Both the position numbers and the translations under genes were made by a program. From NCBI GenBank assembly GCA_965153285.1, contig OZ229113.1: DNA of 64,000 nt. The stretch is one strand, 5' to 3'. The notes below the pieces were generated by a model, which ran no database searches, was not told the origin of the DNA, and worked only from the letters and a program-made list of their open reading frames with translations. This document shows positions 1-12,395 of this stretch, piece after piece (within the stretch, counting starts at the first letter, position 1; the number at the start of each line of letters is the position of its first letter). Source of the DNA: Podarcis tiliguerta (taxonomy: Eukaryota).

Positions 1-161
1 CTGAAAAGGCCAAGCAGGCACTCTCTTTCCCTAGGCTGCAATTAAATAAATTAGTACTGTAACATTTGACAGTTATTAGATTGCTATTGATATTATAATT
101 GCGACTGTGCGTTAGATAGATATTTTTAACTTAAACCAAACCCTATCATTATTATTCTTGC

Positions 162-167
162 TTTATT
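162..167 (-). terminator. Probable ASMT polyadenylation signal AATAAA
   Basis: TTTATT on the plus strand about 35 nt past the stop codon. Confidence 0.55.
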
Positions 168-201
168 TGCCACGTCTGATAATAAAGCGGCAGAGACTGT
201 A

Positions 202-413
202 TTATTTTCTTCCTAAAATGGCATCATACAGCTTTCCAGTTTTCTTGATTTCAATCTCCCTGAAGCCAGCTGCTGTGAGGAGGCTGCTGTACTCTGCAGG
301 GGTCCGCTCTTTCCCTTCAGTCTGAACCAACATATTAATGGAATAGAGCTGGCTTTCCAAAGGCCCACTCCTGTCTTCATTCAGAAGTGTTTCGACTAGT
401 AAAACGCCGCCAC
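202..413 (-). CDS. ASMT: ASMT last coding exon (GGVLLVETLL...YDAILGRK*)
   Basis: 212 nt to TAA; CAG acceptor at 414-416. Confidence 0.95.
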
Positions 414-3400
414 CTGGTTGGGGAAAACAAGATTCATTTTGACACATTGCCCGGCCTCATCTTAATCCTATAATGGGTCTATAACCTCAGCCTAAGATTT
501 CAAGAAAAAGAGAGCACCCAGGAATGAAGATGGAGCTATGTGAAACAGAACAACAAGGATTTAGACCAGTAAGCAAAGTATGGATCTCTATACTCTTCCT
601 ATAAACCAGAGCTAGCTAATGTGGTGCCCTCCAGATACTGCGGAACTACAACTCCCATTATCCCTGACATTGACGCTGATTGGAGTTGGAGTCCAAAACC
701 TCTTGAGGGTGCCAAGCTGGCTATCCCTACTATAAACTGAACATCTTCCATTAAAGTAAAATGATGTATTGTTGCTGCCATTATAAAATAACCAAAGACT
801 TTTCAAGACGTTATGGAAAGGCTAAATTGATTGATAAAAGGAATGACAACGCCAGGCTCATCATGTCATACATGTGACCATTGTGAATTCTATAATATGA
901 CTTGTAATTGTGCTGTTTATCTTTTCTTTCTTTTTAGTTGGTTTTCTAATAGTGTTTTTATAAATTGTAATTGTTTTACTGGTGATATGTTAATTATTCT
1001 ATATGATTTACATTGCATTTGTAAGCTGCTTTGCAATTCACTTGAATGGAAAGCAACACAGAAATATAATCAATCAATCAATCAATGTGTAGAAAGAGAG
1101 ATGCCAGGATATTCAGCCTGCTATCACAATGCCACTGCCCCCATGTCCATTTAGTCCTTCCGTAACTTCTGAAAGGGGAATACAACTACAACTGCCACTA
1201 ACATTTCAGCTACTTTATTTCTAATGTCAAGGAAAAGCTACGTAGACAAACTTAGGAGTTTGTACATGCTTGGTGGGATTTTTGAATATTTCCTCCCCCT
1301 TTTAAAAGCAGGTTCCCATAGGCTATCACAACTATTTTTGAAACCCTTCTGAAAGGGTGGCAAGAGAAATGCCTGCTTTGATAGTAGAAAAAAAGCTTAT
1401 CTGTGCACATGGGACTAGCTGCTTGATGTTTTGAATCTCGGCTTTCTTTTTTAAAAAATAGCACAAATAGAAAGGATCAGTAACAGTTGTAGAAAAACTC
1501 AAGAATGAAAGAGACAGCTGCACAAATAGATATCGTTCCCAGTGTGTTTTCAAGAAACTTCTTATCGAGGGATATCTTTAGAGCTTCTTAATAAAATCTG
1601 TTTGGGGAACATTTGGTGCTGCAGCTCACCCCTTGATAAAAAGTTTCTTTGAAGTATGTTGAGAACCAATAACTTCCACCCACCTGCACAGCGATACTTC
1701 CAGTTTCTCTTCTCTCTCTCTCTCTCCCCTCCAGCCTCAAACAGCTTGTAGCCCTCCAGTACAGGTTGAAGGGCTACAGGGAGAGGAGAGGAAGGAGAAG
1801 CCTTATTGCATGAGTGCTACTTGCCTAGCCTGCCACCAATTCCACCACCCCTCCTTCCTTGCAAGAATGCTAAGTGACAAGCTGACGTCACAATTAATGG
1901 AAAGCACTGAGCACATTCAACAGTCCCAGAGAGATAAAGGCACTTGGTTTTTTGAAGTGACGAATGCAATGTATAGCCAGGCTCTTGTACATTATTATAT
2001 ACGTGTGCGTACCAGTTTTGCAAGCCTTCTGCACCTTTTTGAGAAGCTGCACACATTTCTCATCTGCCCAGTCATGGAGGATCCTCGCTAAAATATACAG
2101 GTCAGCTTCTGGAACTGGGTCTGCAAAAAAATCTCCTGTATCAGGCAGAAAACAAACATTAATTTCTGATTAACTGAGAATCCAGCATGTCAAGAAAACA
2201 TGGAATGGGTCCAAAGTAGCTGAGATCAGAAGAAGATTCGCTGGTGTTTGTTTTCATGCTTGAGCCATCATTAAAGTTCTTGGGGGGACAGGGGACAGGT
2301 TTTGTAACTGTTGAGATGCACCATGTGAATAAAAGCATCTAAACTACATGTTTTCTATTTGTTGGACACAAGGCATGTGTGAAAGAAGAAACAGTAAGTC
2401 CAAGCAATACAGGCACTTTCTGTATTGGGTTCCATGTGAAGATGGTCTATCCCAGGGGTCTGCAACCCGCTGCTCCGGAGCCGCATGTGGCTCTTTTACA
2501 CCTTTGCCGTGGCTCCGGGGCGGATACTAGCGAGGGGAGGAGGCGCATTGTGCGCCCCGACACTCCCCACTGTGGCGGGCGCTGTACTGGCTGTGACGTC
2601 GCATGGGGGCGGTGCATGCGTTAGTCACGCACTGTCCCGACGTCACCTTCCCGCCCGCTGTCAGATCGGAGGGCAGCGGCACGCATGCTTTAAATGTCGC
2701 AAGGGTTTTGCGGCTCCCAGGTTTTTTTTTCTTCGGAAACAGGTCCAAGTGGCTCTTTTTGTCTTAAAGGTTGCAGACCCCTGGTCTATCCTGTAATTAA
2801 TTCAGAGAATAGAGGTTCTAATATTATAATTTAACCTATTTCATTCTTGAACAGCATGGGTGGTATACAATCATGTTCATTAATTTTAATGGGTCTTCTC
2901 TGATTAAAAAGTAGCTGAATATCACCCAGGGTCTTGGGATTTTAAGAAACATTCATGCAAGCAGCCCAAACATTTTTCTGGAAGAGCCAACTCTAAAAAC
3001 CATCTAGTGACTTATGTGTTAGGCAGTGAGAGCTTTTGCAGTCACACACATACATATAAGCTCTAGCTCAAGGTCACACTTGTATGACCTTCCGAAATGT
3101 GCAACAAATAAAATATTTCAAATGTCAGGAGGAGGAAATAGCCTTAGGAAAAAAGGCACAGTATTAAATTATGGGGCTACTTTCTAAGGAGAGGGGAAAG
3201 GAATTTACAGTAAAGAGCAATGTTCTCCCCCTCATCCTAGTTTTCTCAGGAAACACAGAAGAAACCACCATCTTTACCTTCATGAAAAGTGATCCGCTGT
3301 TCCTCAGAGGACACAAAATGCTTCTTTGCTGTTTGTACTACTTTAGGCAGGTCGAAAATTGTGACTGAACAATTTGGATATAGTGAGACACATTCCTGGG

Positions 3401-6400
3401 CTAAAGCACCAGCGCCTCCTTTTTGAAGAAAAAGGTAAAAAAACAAACAACAAAAAACAGTAATGAGTTCAGAGGAGGAAGCGGAGGTGGAGAAAAATAA
3501 CTAACCAACTAACTAACCATATTAGCACAGCACTATTTTGTTTCTCAAATCCTTTTTTGAGTATGGATGGGCCTGCCTCTGGGTTTCTTACCATTTCGGG
3601 CAGGGAATGATGCCTGCTTCATCTGAAGTGGCGTAAGAGTTTTGACAGTCTTGGCCTGGACAGGACCACACCCCAAGCTAAGGTCCCCTGGTATGCATCC
3701 AGCATGAATTGAGGCCACATTCCACAAACCTCTTTGATGGCACAAGGGGTGCTGGGACTTGAAATCAGCTCTGCCACTACTAACAGGAGCCAAGATACAC
3801 AAGGAAATATTTGGTTCCTCTACAGAGAAGGCCCTCACTAGCCCCACTGAGTGCTGCAAACTGCACTTCCAAATCCTATAGGTATCACTGAGGCCAACAT
3901 GGTTATGTACTAGAACACGCCAACCACTATAGTAAGGTCAGGTTTGGACAGCTGCCCAGTAAGCACACTCGTACTGCTGAGTACTGGATTGCCTCAAGCT
4001 GCCGTATGAGTAACTGCTTGCAACTTCTAAAATTCATGCCAGTCCATAAAATAGGCCCAGTGTATTTTTAATGCCTTCATTAAACCGGGCAGTTATCTTA
4101 AAGTGCAAGTTTTTCCATGCAAGATTTTAACATTTCTGTGTGTGTGTCAAAGGAAAACTACTGAAACATATTAAATGGCACTTACCTCCAAGATCGTATA
4201 TGACAGGGAACAGAGAAAGATCAAATGCAGCTATCACATCTCTGCCACATATGCTCCAAATTGCATTCAATCCATACATGAATTTTATCATTTCTTCCTC
4301 TGATCTAGAGATTTGAAATTGCGCAAGCAGTGAGCTCGTTGCAAATGCCCACAATGATTTACTGCTATGTAAAAGACATGGGCAGCTTTTCTGCCATCCT
4401 GATTAAAAGAAGTGCATATTCTTTAACACACCCATGAGATCTTTGTGCAGATGGCCCCATTCATTTATGTGGAAGGAGCAGCTCTGCAAATGGACACATG
4501 GATCTGCTGTTTCTATTGCACAAGCAGAAGAGCTTGTATATGATTGTGCTCGGAAAATCTCTTAGGAAACCAAGAATTGGACCATGACACCCTAGCCTTA
4601 GTTAGCCATATACTATTAACCTCCAAAACAGATTACTGCTGTGTGCTCCCCCCACAGTTTAATGACCTTCACACTAACCATTATTGCCATCAAAAGCAGT
4701 GTGCACACAGAGACATTTGATCAGGGGCAATCTATTGTGTTTTAGATTAAACTATTATAGTGGAAGCCTTACCTGTACAGTGCTTCGAAGACATCTTTTG
4801 ATGAAATGCCAAACGCTCTCTCATATTGGTTTTTCCCCTCCCTTAAATTAAGGAGGGAAATTCTTGATAAATTCAACAGCTAACTTTAAAATGTCATTTA
4901 TATTACATAATACTGCCATACTCAAGAAGAATCCTGAACAAAAGCCTAAGAATGTTTGCATTATATGTTGCTTATAGAGTTCACTTTTTCACAGGAGCAG
5001 TGGATCCTGAAGTAAGCTAGCTTTAAAAAAATAATAATCATCAAAACATTCCATAACCTCCCATCCTTCCTGGGAACCTAAGAGACAGAAGTATGCTTAT
5101 ATATGCCTACATTCCTAGCTGTATCAAGAACCATAAATGCAATTTAGCGATGCCAGAAATGACCTCTTCTGGAATACAAATTTGCCCAGCTTATCATTCT
5201 TAACAATATTGCAAATCAAGCTTCTCACCCCCCCTAGGTCTTCTCTGATTTGGAATGTAAAACAAGATTCTGCACACACACACCCAACACAGACCCCAAC
5301 TATTCAGTGGCCTTGACAACCAAAGCCAGATAAGCTTTGTAGGCACATGCATGAAGAAGAAGAAGAAGAAGAAGAAGAAGAGGAGGAGGAGGAGGAGGAG
5401 GAGGAGGAGGAGGAGGAGGAGTTTGGATTTGATATCCCGCTTTATCGCTACCCGAAGGAGTCTCAAAGCAGCTAATATTCTCCTTTCCCTTCCTCCCCCA
5501 CAACAAACTCTCTGTGAGGTGAGTGGAGCTGAAAGACTTCAAAGAAGTGTGACTGGCCCAAGGTCACCCAGCAGCTGCATGTGGAGGTGCAGAGACGCGA
5601 ACCCAGTTCACTGATTACGAGTCTACCACTCTTAACCACTACACCACACTGTGCCCAATGGAACTCTCACAGCTGTCTCTGAACTGTGTGAGCCAGACAA
5701 CCTAACCAAGCAGCCTTTTGCTTGGCACGTATAATCTGCTTTGGGTCAATTACTTTGATTTGTTCCTTGCGAAGGTTTCATGTAACTGATGTTTCTCACC
5801 CAGCTCTAAAAACCCTTTCTTTCCCCACTGAATGTATTTACACGGTTGTTGCTGTTGTTTTGGCTGGGAAAGGTGGAGGTAAATTTCAAGGCAGCTTTCT
5901 TCTCAAGCAGACATAAGATAAGGTGCCTATCTGCAGAGCACCACCAGTGAACATGTGCCAAGAGAGATCTCTTAGAAAACAGATGTGTGTTTTTTCCCAA
6001 ACACATGACGAAGCTTGTAATTGCCAAGTGCATTCTTAATTGAGCCAAAGGGAATTGTTCCATCACTGGTGCACATGGGTGATACAGGATGATGCTTCTC
6101 TGCCAGAGCTACGCTTGATAGTTGTTTTGAATTGAAGGGAAATATGGATTTAGTTCCGCCTTATACTCCTTCTGAAACAACTGACAGGTGTTAAGAGGGT
6201 CTCCAAAATGTCTTGAGCTAAAGTGCCTTCCCATTTTTTAATATTTATTGCTTTCTCTGGATTATGGCAAATGACCAGAACTTGAAGAAAATGGAAATTT
6301 GTTGGGAAGCTTCTACTTGGAAACTGGGCATCTTAAATTTGCATTAATTTCAACTGAACTTGGAAAATCCTCTTTCACAGCTCCCAACCATCCATGATAA

Positions 6401-7422
6401 AGAACTTAGTATTACTAACAACAGCTACTTCAAAGAAATCAGTAGAACCATATGGTGGTCCTCATTCGCTGAAAAATCCACCCCAATTTCCTTTGTTTTC
6501 TTCTGGCACAGACAATAGAATCAACTGGTATCTCAACTCCTTCGTGCCAGTTCCTCATTGCTAAGTATCCTCCTGAGAATTCTCTCAGTAAATAGTGCTG
6601 TTATGACAAAGCATTCCCTAGCTGGTTTCTACACACCTGCAAACAATGAATCTTCTTAAGTGTTAACAATATCACAATGCTACCACTTGGTGTGTGGTAT
6701 AAAAAAATAAAGTAATAGTGTAACAATAGTAACTCTATACCAGTCCTGTTTGAACTATTATCACTTCAGCATTCAAAAGTAAACAGTAGTTTTCCTGAAA
6801 AAGATCAATGCAAAGGGAATAATGCAGTGGTTCACTGCAAGTTTTTACAAAGGTTTCATTTTTCAATTATCAACATAAACTTCCTCATCGTTCACCTTAC
6901 CTCACAGCATCTGTCAAGTAGTGCCAGCACAAATAGATGGTTTTGGAATAGTACATCAAGTTATGATACTGAGACTTCGGACTTGATTTTGTGAGGTAGA
7001 GATTTGATATTTCTGTGTTTCCATAAAATGCTGAAGAGGAAAGAAGGCAAAGTCAGTACTGTATTTAGCACAGTGGTGATGATATCTGTGGCACCATCAT
7101 CTTAAGAACAAGAATAATGCATCTGCACAATTTATTTGTCCAACTTAAAGCAGTTTTTGATACAATCTTCTTAGAAATCTACACTGACTCTGCTTGCCAT
7201 TTGCCAAAATATATGTCAAATTTGGGGATTTAACAGCATCCTTGTGCAGCTCAAGGTGAAACTGCCTGGAAGCAGAGAGAGATTAGATGCCCTCTTGTGT
7301 ATGCGCAACACACACATTCACCCTTGAATGTTTCACAAAAGTCTTTCTGTTTTGCAGGTGGGAAACAGACAATCATTTTAAAAAGAGCTGGAAGTGGTTT
7401 GAGAATCACCTTCCATGGTGCA

Positions 7423-7468
<46 letters not shown>

Positions 7469-7605
7469 CTCTCGCATGTAGCAAACACAGCTTGCAGATT
7501 ATCAAAACAATATAGAAATAGGAAAAACCTATTTACCAAAGCTGAAAGACAGCTGAGCAGGTGAACCAGAACCAGCAATCTCTATTTCAGATTACCTTCA
7601 ACGTC

Positions 7606-7650
<45 letters not shown>

Positions 7651-10283
7651 TATTATTTATACCCTGCCCATCTGTTTGTTGCCCACTGGCAAGCAGAAGG
7701 CTCCAGGCTCAATCCCTGGCCTCTCCAGACAGGGAAAGACTCTGCCTGAGACCCTCAAAAGCCAACACCAGTCAGGATACTAGGGCTCAGTAGATGGCTT
7801 GGACAACCTTGACCATTGGCCATTCTGACTCAGGCTGATGGGTGTTAAGGTCCTAAACATTTGGAATACCCAGGTTGTGGGCAGGTGGTGTAGGCAGCTG
7901 GTTCCTTCCTATATTCTTAAAAAATGTTATGGTCCGTTTCTAGGCACATAATGTGCAGAGGCCAAAACAGGGGTGGCTGGTCATGTTAGATTCCTCTGAC
8001 ACGGTTACCTCCTTCCTTTCTCACTTCTGCTCTCAGCAGCTTTAAACCCACACAGGCATCTAGCAACCTCTCCATTCCCTGGAAGCTGCTGCCCAGCTGC
8101 TCTGCAATGGCCTTCGAGGTCAAGAGATCTTCTGACTCTCTCAGCAGATCAAATACTCCCAGCTCACAGGCAGCAAACATCACCTAAAACCAAAGGAACG
8201 GGCAGGGATGAAAGAAGCAAAGAGAGAAAGCACAGCAGCGGTTAACAGTGCAGTGACTTCTCAGAAGTAAGTCTTATGGAATTCAATAAGGCTTGCTCCC
8301 AGGTAAGCAGGGTTGGTTGGGACGGCAGCCTACAGTTGAATGGCAGAAATAATTTTAAATGCATTGTTGAGTTTCATCTAAGTCTTTATTAAACTAAGCA
8401 TACATAGTCTGAATGCATATTTTTGTTGTGGGATTTTTATTGTTGTCATAAGGTAAAGGTAAAGGGACTCCTGACAATTAGGTCCAGTCATGACCGACTC
8501 TGGGGTTGCAGTGCTCATCTCGCTTTATTGGCTGAGGGAGCCGGCGTACAGCTTCCGGGACATGTGGCCGGCATGACTAAGCCGCTTCTGGCGAACCAGA
8601 GCAGCGCATGGAAACGCCGTTTACCTTCCCACTGGAGCAGTACCTATTTATCTACTTGCACTTTTACATGCTTTCGAACTGCTAGGTTGGCAGGAGCAGG
8701 GACCAAGCAACAGAAGCACACCCCGTTGCGGGGATTCGAACTACCAACCATCTGATCAGCAAGTCCAAGGCTCTGTGGTTTAACCCACAGCGCCACCCGC
8801 GTCCCGGGTGCCATACATAATATTACACAATAATACACAATACACAATTGTTGCCATAAAGGTAAAGGTAAAGGTAAAGGTACCCCTGCCCATACGGGCC
8901 AGTCTTGGCAGACTCTAGGGTTGTGTGCTCATCTCACTCTAGAGGCTGGGAGCCAGCGCTGTCCGCAGACACTCCTGGGTCACGTTGCCAGCGTGACAAG
9001 CTGCATCTGGCGAGCCAGCGCACCACACGGAACGCCGTTTACCTTCCTGCTGGTAAGCGGTCCCTATTTATCTACTTGCACCCGGGGGTGCTTTCGAACT
9101 GCTAGGTTGGCAGGCGCTGGGACCGAACGACGGGAGCGCACCCCGCCGCGGGGATTCGAACTGCCGACCATGCGATCGGCAAGTCCTAGGCGCTGAGGTT
9201 TTACCCACAGCGCCACCCGCGTTTTTATTATTGTTGCCATACACAATAATAAAAACAGTATGTTGAAGCCACAGCTGCAAGTAGATGTCCTGATTGTTTT
9301 TATCCTGGCAACAGACTCCTTTTAAAAAGAGCAACATGACCTATATACAGTATGTGCTTGCTTCAATATCTAGCTTTACCTCAAATTTTGAAGGGATAAT
9401 TTCCCCCTTGGGGCTAGTTCAAAGTTATTTATTGATGATTCTCTAGCATCTTTAAAAACTTTACTTGTTCCCAGCTTCCTTGTGGGTTTACAAAACCTTT
9501 GCATTTTTCTATTGATTGGAATTGCATATCGCCTACAGAAGAGAATCTCTCTTTTCCCCTCTCTTTTAAAGAAGGTTCATATTAGGAGTTTTCCTATTTC
9601 ATACCTGTGAAGAATCTCAAATGTATATCAAAATGGAACTGTGTTGACACCTCTTGCTCTCTTTCCACAGCGAAATACTGTTGTTAAGAAACAAGGCTAG
9701 CTTCTTCCTGGAGGGCACAAGCTGTAAGCACTAAAGCAACTGAGCTCTTTCTACAAGCGGGCACTGAAAAGGTGGGAAAACTCTATGTGAGGTTTACTTT
9801 TAAGTGACATCTTTGCTTAGTGCTGGATTTTTCCAAATTTGATATTCAGAGAAAAGTCAAAACCTGCTTTGCTTTTAACCTAAACATGTATGGACTTTAG
9901 ATTACCAAGAAATGATTGCAGGTTTGGAAATTTTAGTTTATAAGGAGCCCTGGTTCAATTGGAGATGATTCAAATGGTGGGGTTTAAGATTATTTACTTT
10001 GATACTGGTTTAAATTTCATTCATGGCATTCCTCCCAGCACATTTAGTTAACACCTGTTGTTGCAAGCTGTTGAACCCAAAATTAAAACAGATAAATTAA
10101 AAGATTCACCTCTATAGATATTCTAGGTTCTGCACACATCCATAAGAAGAAGAAAAAAAGCATCATTTCCTAGTTTAAATTTCTTTGAGGCATATCATTT
10201 GTGAACCTTACCTTTGATATTAAAAATCCATTCTGGTACTGAATTAAGAGACGAGGATATTCGAGGTCCTCTGCGGAGCTCAT
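202..10283 (-). CDS. ASMT: Acetylserotonin O-methyltransferase (HIOMT), complete spliced CDS, 346 aa
   Basis: Exon join 10283-10212, 8183-8009, 7030-6901, 4841-4773, 4304-4186, 3418-3278, 2135-2013, 413-202. Lengths 72+175+130+69+119+141+123+212 = 1041 nt, in frame, with all introns GT-AG. Shows the SAM-binding motifs DLGGGAG and GDFF and the catalytic RILHDW motif. Lies next to AKAP17A as in human PAR1. Confidence 0.96.
607..729. mobile_element. Hairpin-type non-autonomous hAT MITE
   Basis: 8-bp TSD CTATAAAC (599-606 and 730-737); internal CCCTCCAGAT...CTACAACTCCCA arms as in the copy at 62632. Confidence 0.75.
2013..2135 (-). CDS. ASMT: ASMT coding exon 7 (GDFFADPVPEADLYILARILHDW...)
   Basis: 123 nt; CAG acceptor and GTACGC donor; contains the catalytic His-Asp. 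Confidence 0.95.
2453..2783. mobile_element. hAT (Charlie-like) MITE in ASMT intron 6
   Basis: Perfect 15-bp terminal inverted repeat (TIR) CAGGGGTCTGCAACC; exact 8-bp TSD GTCTATCC; CpG-rich, so probably young. Confidence 0.9.
3278..3418 (-). CDS. ASMT: ASMT coding exon 6 (GAGALAQECVSLYP...ITFHE)
   Basis: 141 nt; completes the SAM-binding GxG motif; donor AAG|GTAAAG. Confidence 0.94.
4186..4304 (-). CDS. ASMT: ASMT coding exon 5 (SEEEMIKFM...YDLG)
   Basis: 119 nt; TAG acceptor and GAG|GTAAGT donor. Confidence 0.94.
4773..4841 (-). CDS. ASMT: ASMT coding exon 4 (EGKNQYERAFGISSKDVFEALYR)
   Basis: 69 nt; AAG acceptor and CAG|GTAAGG donor; phase fits the flanking exons. Confidence 0.92.
5353..5651 (-). 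mobile_element. tRNA-derived SINE (Squam3-like) with expanded (CTC)n(TTC)n tail
   Basis: Reverse-complement homolog of 51250-51516; A-box-like TGGTGTAGTGG head; microsatellite tail at 5353-5421. Confidence 0.8.
6901..7030 (-). CDS. ASMT: ASMT coding exon 3 (FYGNTEISNLYLTKSSPKSQY...LTDAVR)
   Basis: 130 nt; ttCAG acceptor and GTAAGG donor; too short for the ORF track. Confidence 0.94.
7426..7463. repeat. (TA)n microsatellite
   Basis: Seen directly. Confidence 0.95.
7606..7646. repeat. (TAA)n microsatellite
   Basis: Seen directly. Confidence 0.95.
8009..8183 (-). CDS. ASMT: ASMT coding exon 2 (VMFAACELGVFDLL...)
   Basis: 175 nt; tttTAG acceptor and GTAACC donor; dimerisation-domain sequence. 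Confidence 0.95.
8450..8805 (-). mobile_element. Sauria SINE (subfamily A)
   Basis: Head GGGACGCGGGTGGCGCTGTGG, B-box GGTTCGAATCC and (ACCTTT)n tail on the minus strand. Confidence 0.9.
8859..9221 (-). mobile_element. Sauria SINE (subfamily B)
   Basis: Same architecture; flanked by ATTGTTGCCATA at 8847-8858 and 9230-9241. Confidence 0.9.
10212..10283 (-). CDS. ASMT: ASMT coding exon 1 (MSSAEDLEYPRLLIQYQNGFLISK)
   Basis: ATG at 10283; donor AAG|GTAAGG; resembles the ASMT N-terminus. Confidence 0.92.
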
Positions 10284-10319
10284 TTTTGTCCACTGCACTG
10301 TGAGAAATCCTCTTTCCTT

Positions 10320-10440
10320 CTTCATTTAAATAAGCCTCTTTAGCCTGTAGGCACAGATGATTCTGGGTAGTCCACTTTAACTGTACTAATACCACTCCAG
10401 ACATATTTAGTCTTATTACCACAAATGTGCTGACGCAAGC
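10320..10440 (-). promoter_or_regulatory. Candidate ASMT proximal promoter
   Basis: TATA-like TATTTAAA (10325-10332) about 45 nt upstream of the ATG; TAAGCC (OTX/CRX-type variant) at 10331-10336; TGACGCAA CRE-like site at 10431-10438. Confidence 0.45.
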
Positions 10441-10623
10441 TCTCCCTTCCAGGGGATGCTGTAGTCAGTTTTCGAATTGAAAACACCACTAGCCAAAAGA
10501 AGGGTCTGAACTATTGTTAAATATATTAAAACGTGACCACCAAATAGCTTCAAGTGTGCAAGACCAGTTGATTGTGCAAAAGAGGCATTTTGCATTCTTT
10601 TTATTTATAGCTTTTATATATAC

Positions 10624-10872
10624 CATGCACGTCCAACTCCCAAGAGACTGTGATCTACTCCCAGTATAAAGAAACTGGCAGTGATCTACCCATTGCCATT
10701 GGAGGGAGGAGGAGTGTGGGGTGGGTGGGTGGATTGCCCAGAGTTCTTCAGCTTTTATTTGTTAACTTTTGGTAAACTTTATTTAATCCCATGATCAATA
10801 AGGGTCCCGTGATCTACCAGGATCAGCCAGGGATCTATCGGAAGAGCATGATCTACTGGTTGGACATGCCTG
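10624..10872. mobile_element. Older hAT MITE
   Basis: Imperfect TIR CATGCACGTCCAAC / GTTGGACATGCCTG; TSD ATATATAC / GTATATAC; repeated GATCTAC motifs. Confidence 0.7.
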
Positions 10873-11110
10873 GTATATACCAACGACTCAATGATGTACA
10901 GTAATTTGGTAACAAAGGGTTACAACGAAACAAGTCATTCTGTTAGCACATGGACTTCCATGTTTGGAAGAGATCTTCTCAGATCTGCTCTGGAGGGTTG
11001 GGGGGAAACCCAGAACAGATTTTGGGGACACACAAGGAGAGAGAAAGGTGATGGGAACTTCCACTGTGCAAGTTTAAGTCTTTGCACTAAGATCAGAGGT
11101 GTGCCTAGAC

Positions 11111-11208
11111 CATAGCTGTCAACTTTTCCCTTTTTTTTTTTTTTTTACAGAAATTCCCTTATTCCGAATAGGATTCCTTGCAAGAAAAAGGAAAAGTTGA
11201 CAGCTATG
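11111..11208. mobile_element. 98-bp palindromic hAT MITE
   Basis: TIR CATAGCTGTCAACTTTTCC; TSD GCCTAGAC / ACCTAGAC; second copy at 53945. Confidence 0.85.
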
Positions 11209-11619
11209 ACCTAGACTCCCTTGCACCCTTGGCAAGAAGCTGTATTGCTGTCTCTGAAGTTGCGAAAGTCCATGGACCAGAAACTAAAAATGTTTGCTTT
11301 TGTCTCCTTTTGCACTCTGCCTGTGATTTCCTCCACAGCTATTGGGTTCTCCTCCATGTCACCCATCTGTCTCCCTGCCTCCTCTTGCTGCTTTGCCCTT
11401 CTATCTCCATCCTTCCTTTTTCCTCCTCCTGAAACTCTGGCCTGTTCTCTCTGTCTTTCTTCCCAAGCCCCACTGGAGACTTGACTCACACTGCTAACGG
11501 CAGTGATGGCTGACTGGGGAGGTGGCCCCCATGCCAGCAATCGGATTCCTCCACTGAGGCACTCAGAGAAGCCTGTGCGCCTCACCCAGCAACCCAGAGC
11601 AGCAGAGGAGCGACCCAGG

Positions 11620-12110
11620 TGTGGTGTTCGTATGGAGCCCCCGGTCGTCTCACGGACTATTGACCCGTACACCACTAATCTGCTGCCACCAACCAGGTCC
11701 TCCCCGGTAAAATCACTTCAGTCTCAGTCCGGTTCTCAAGTTAATAAAGAGGAGTGTGTTTTATTCCAGACACAAACTTTTACGGCATTCCAAACGTTGT
11801 TACTCTTTACTTTCTTAGTCTTATTTTCCTCTCTCTATCTCTTCTACCTCCCCTCACTCAAGAACCCACTGCCCTGTCTCTCTGTTACCAACTGCCTGCC
11901 AACTGCTTCTCCAACTGCCTTTCCTAACCAGCCAACCCACTAAAACCAACCAACTACCCACCAACAACTCCCAACAACTAACTCAAACCTCGGCCTAAGC
12001 CCCTTTTTACACAGATAGGCTCCACCTTCGGCTTTCCTATTGGTCTATATTTTAAACCCTATCTCTCCCCCCTGTTCAAACATTTTCTAAACGAATGGGC
12101 AAACGCCACA
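11620..12110 (-). mobile_element. Solo LTR, 491 bp
   Basis: TG...CA termini with short inverted ends (TGTGGYG) and an exact 5-bp TSD CCAGG (11615-11619, 12111-12115). On the minus strand: CCAAT (12039-12043), TATA-like TAAAAA (about 12004-12009) and AATAAA (11760-11765), in U3-R-U5 order. Confidence 0.8.
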
Positions 12111-12395
12111 CCAGGGAATACACAGACAGATGGGTGGGCTCCTAGCCTCACCAAGCCAGAGTAGAGAGGTCTGATTTTTGCAACCTCCTGGGCTTGTGCC
12201 CTTGGCAGAGGCCAATCTGATCAATTCCTAGGTATGATGCTCCAAGCTAAAGTGGAACAAGGCCTTGCCAGCAGTGGCCCCAGTAAAGGATTTTGATTCC
12301 AATTAAAGTCAAGTTGATAGGACAAACACTAAAAGAGATACCTGTGGGGTTGTCTGAAGTGAGTAGAAAGGGCTGAGGAAAAGGAATAGTGAATA

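Noticed and set aside
5200-5614. Poly-L, poly-P and poly-K/R ORFs (also 7251-7578, 51561-51972, 57124-57363)
   Set aside because: Translations of microsatellites or SINE tails.
11211-11943. 154-aa and 146-aa ORFs
   Set aside because: They cross a repeat/solo-LTR junction and show no recognisable domain.
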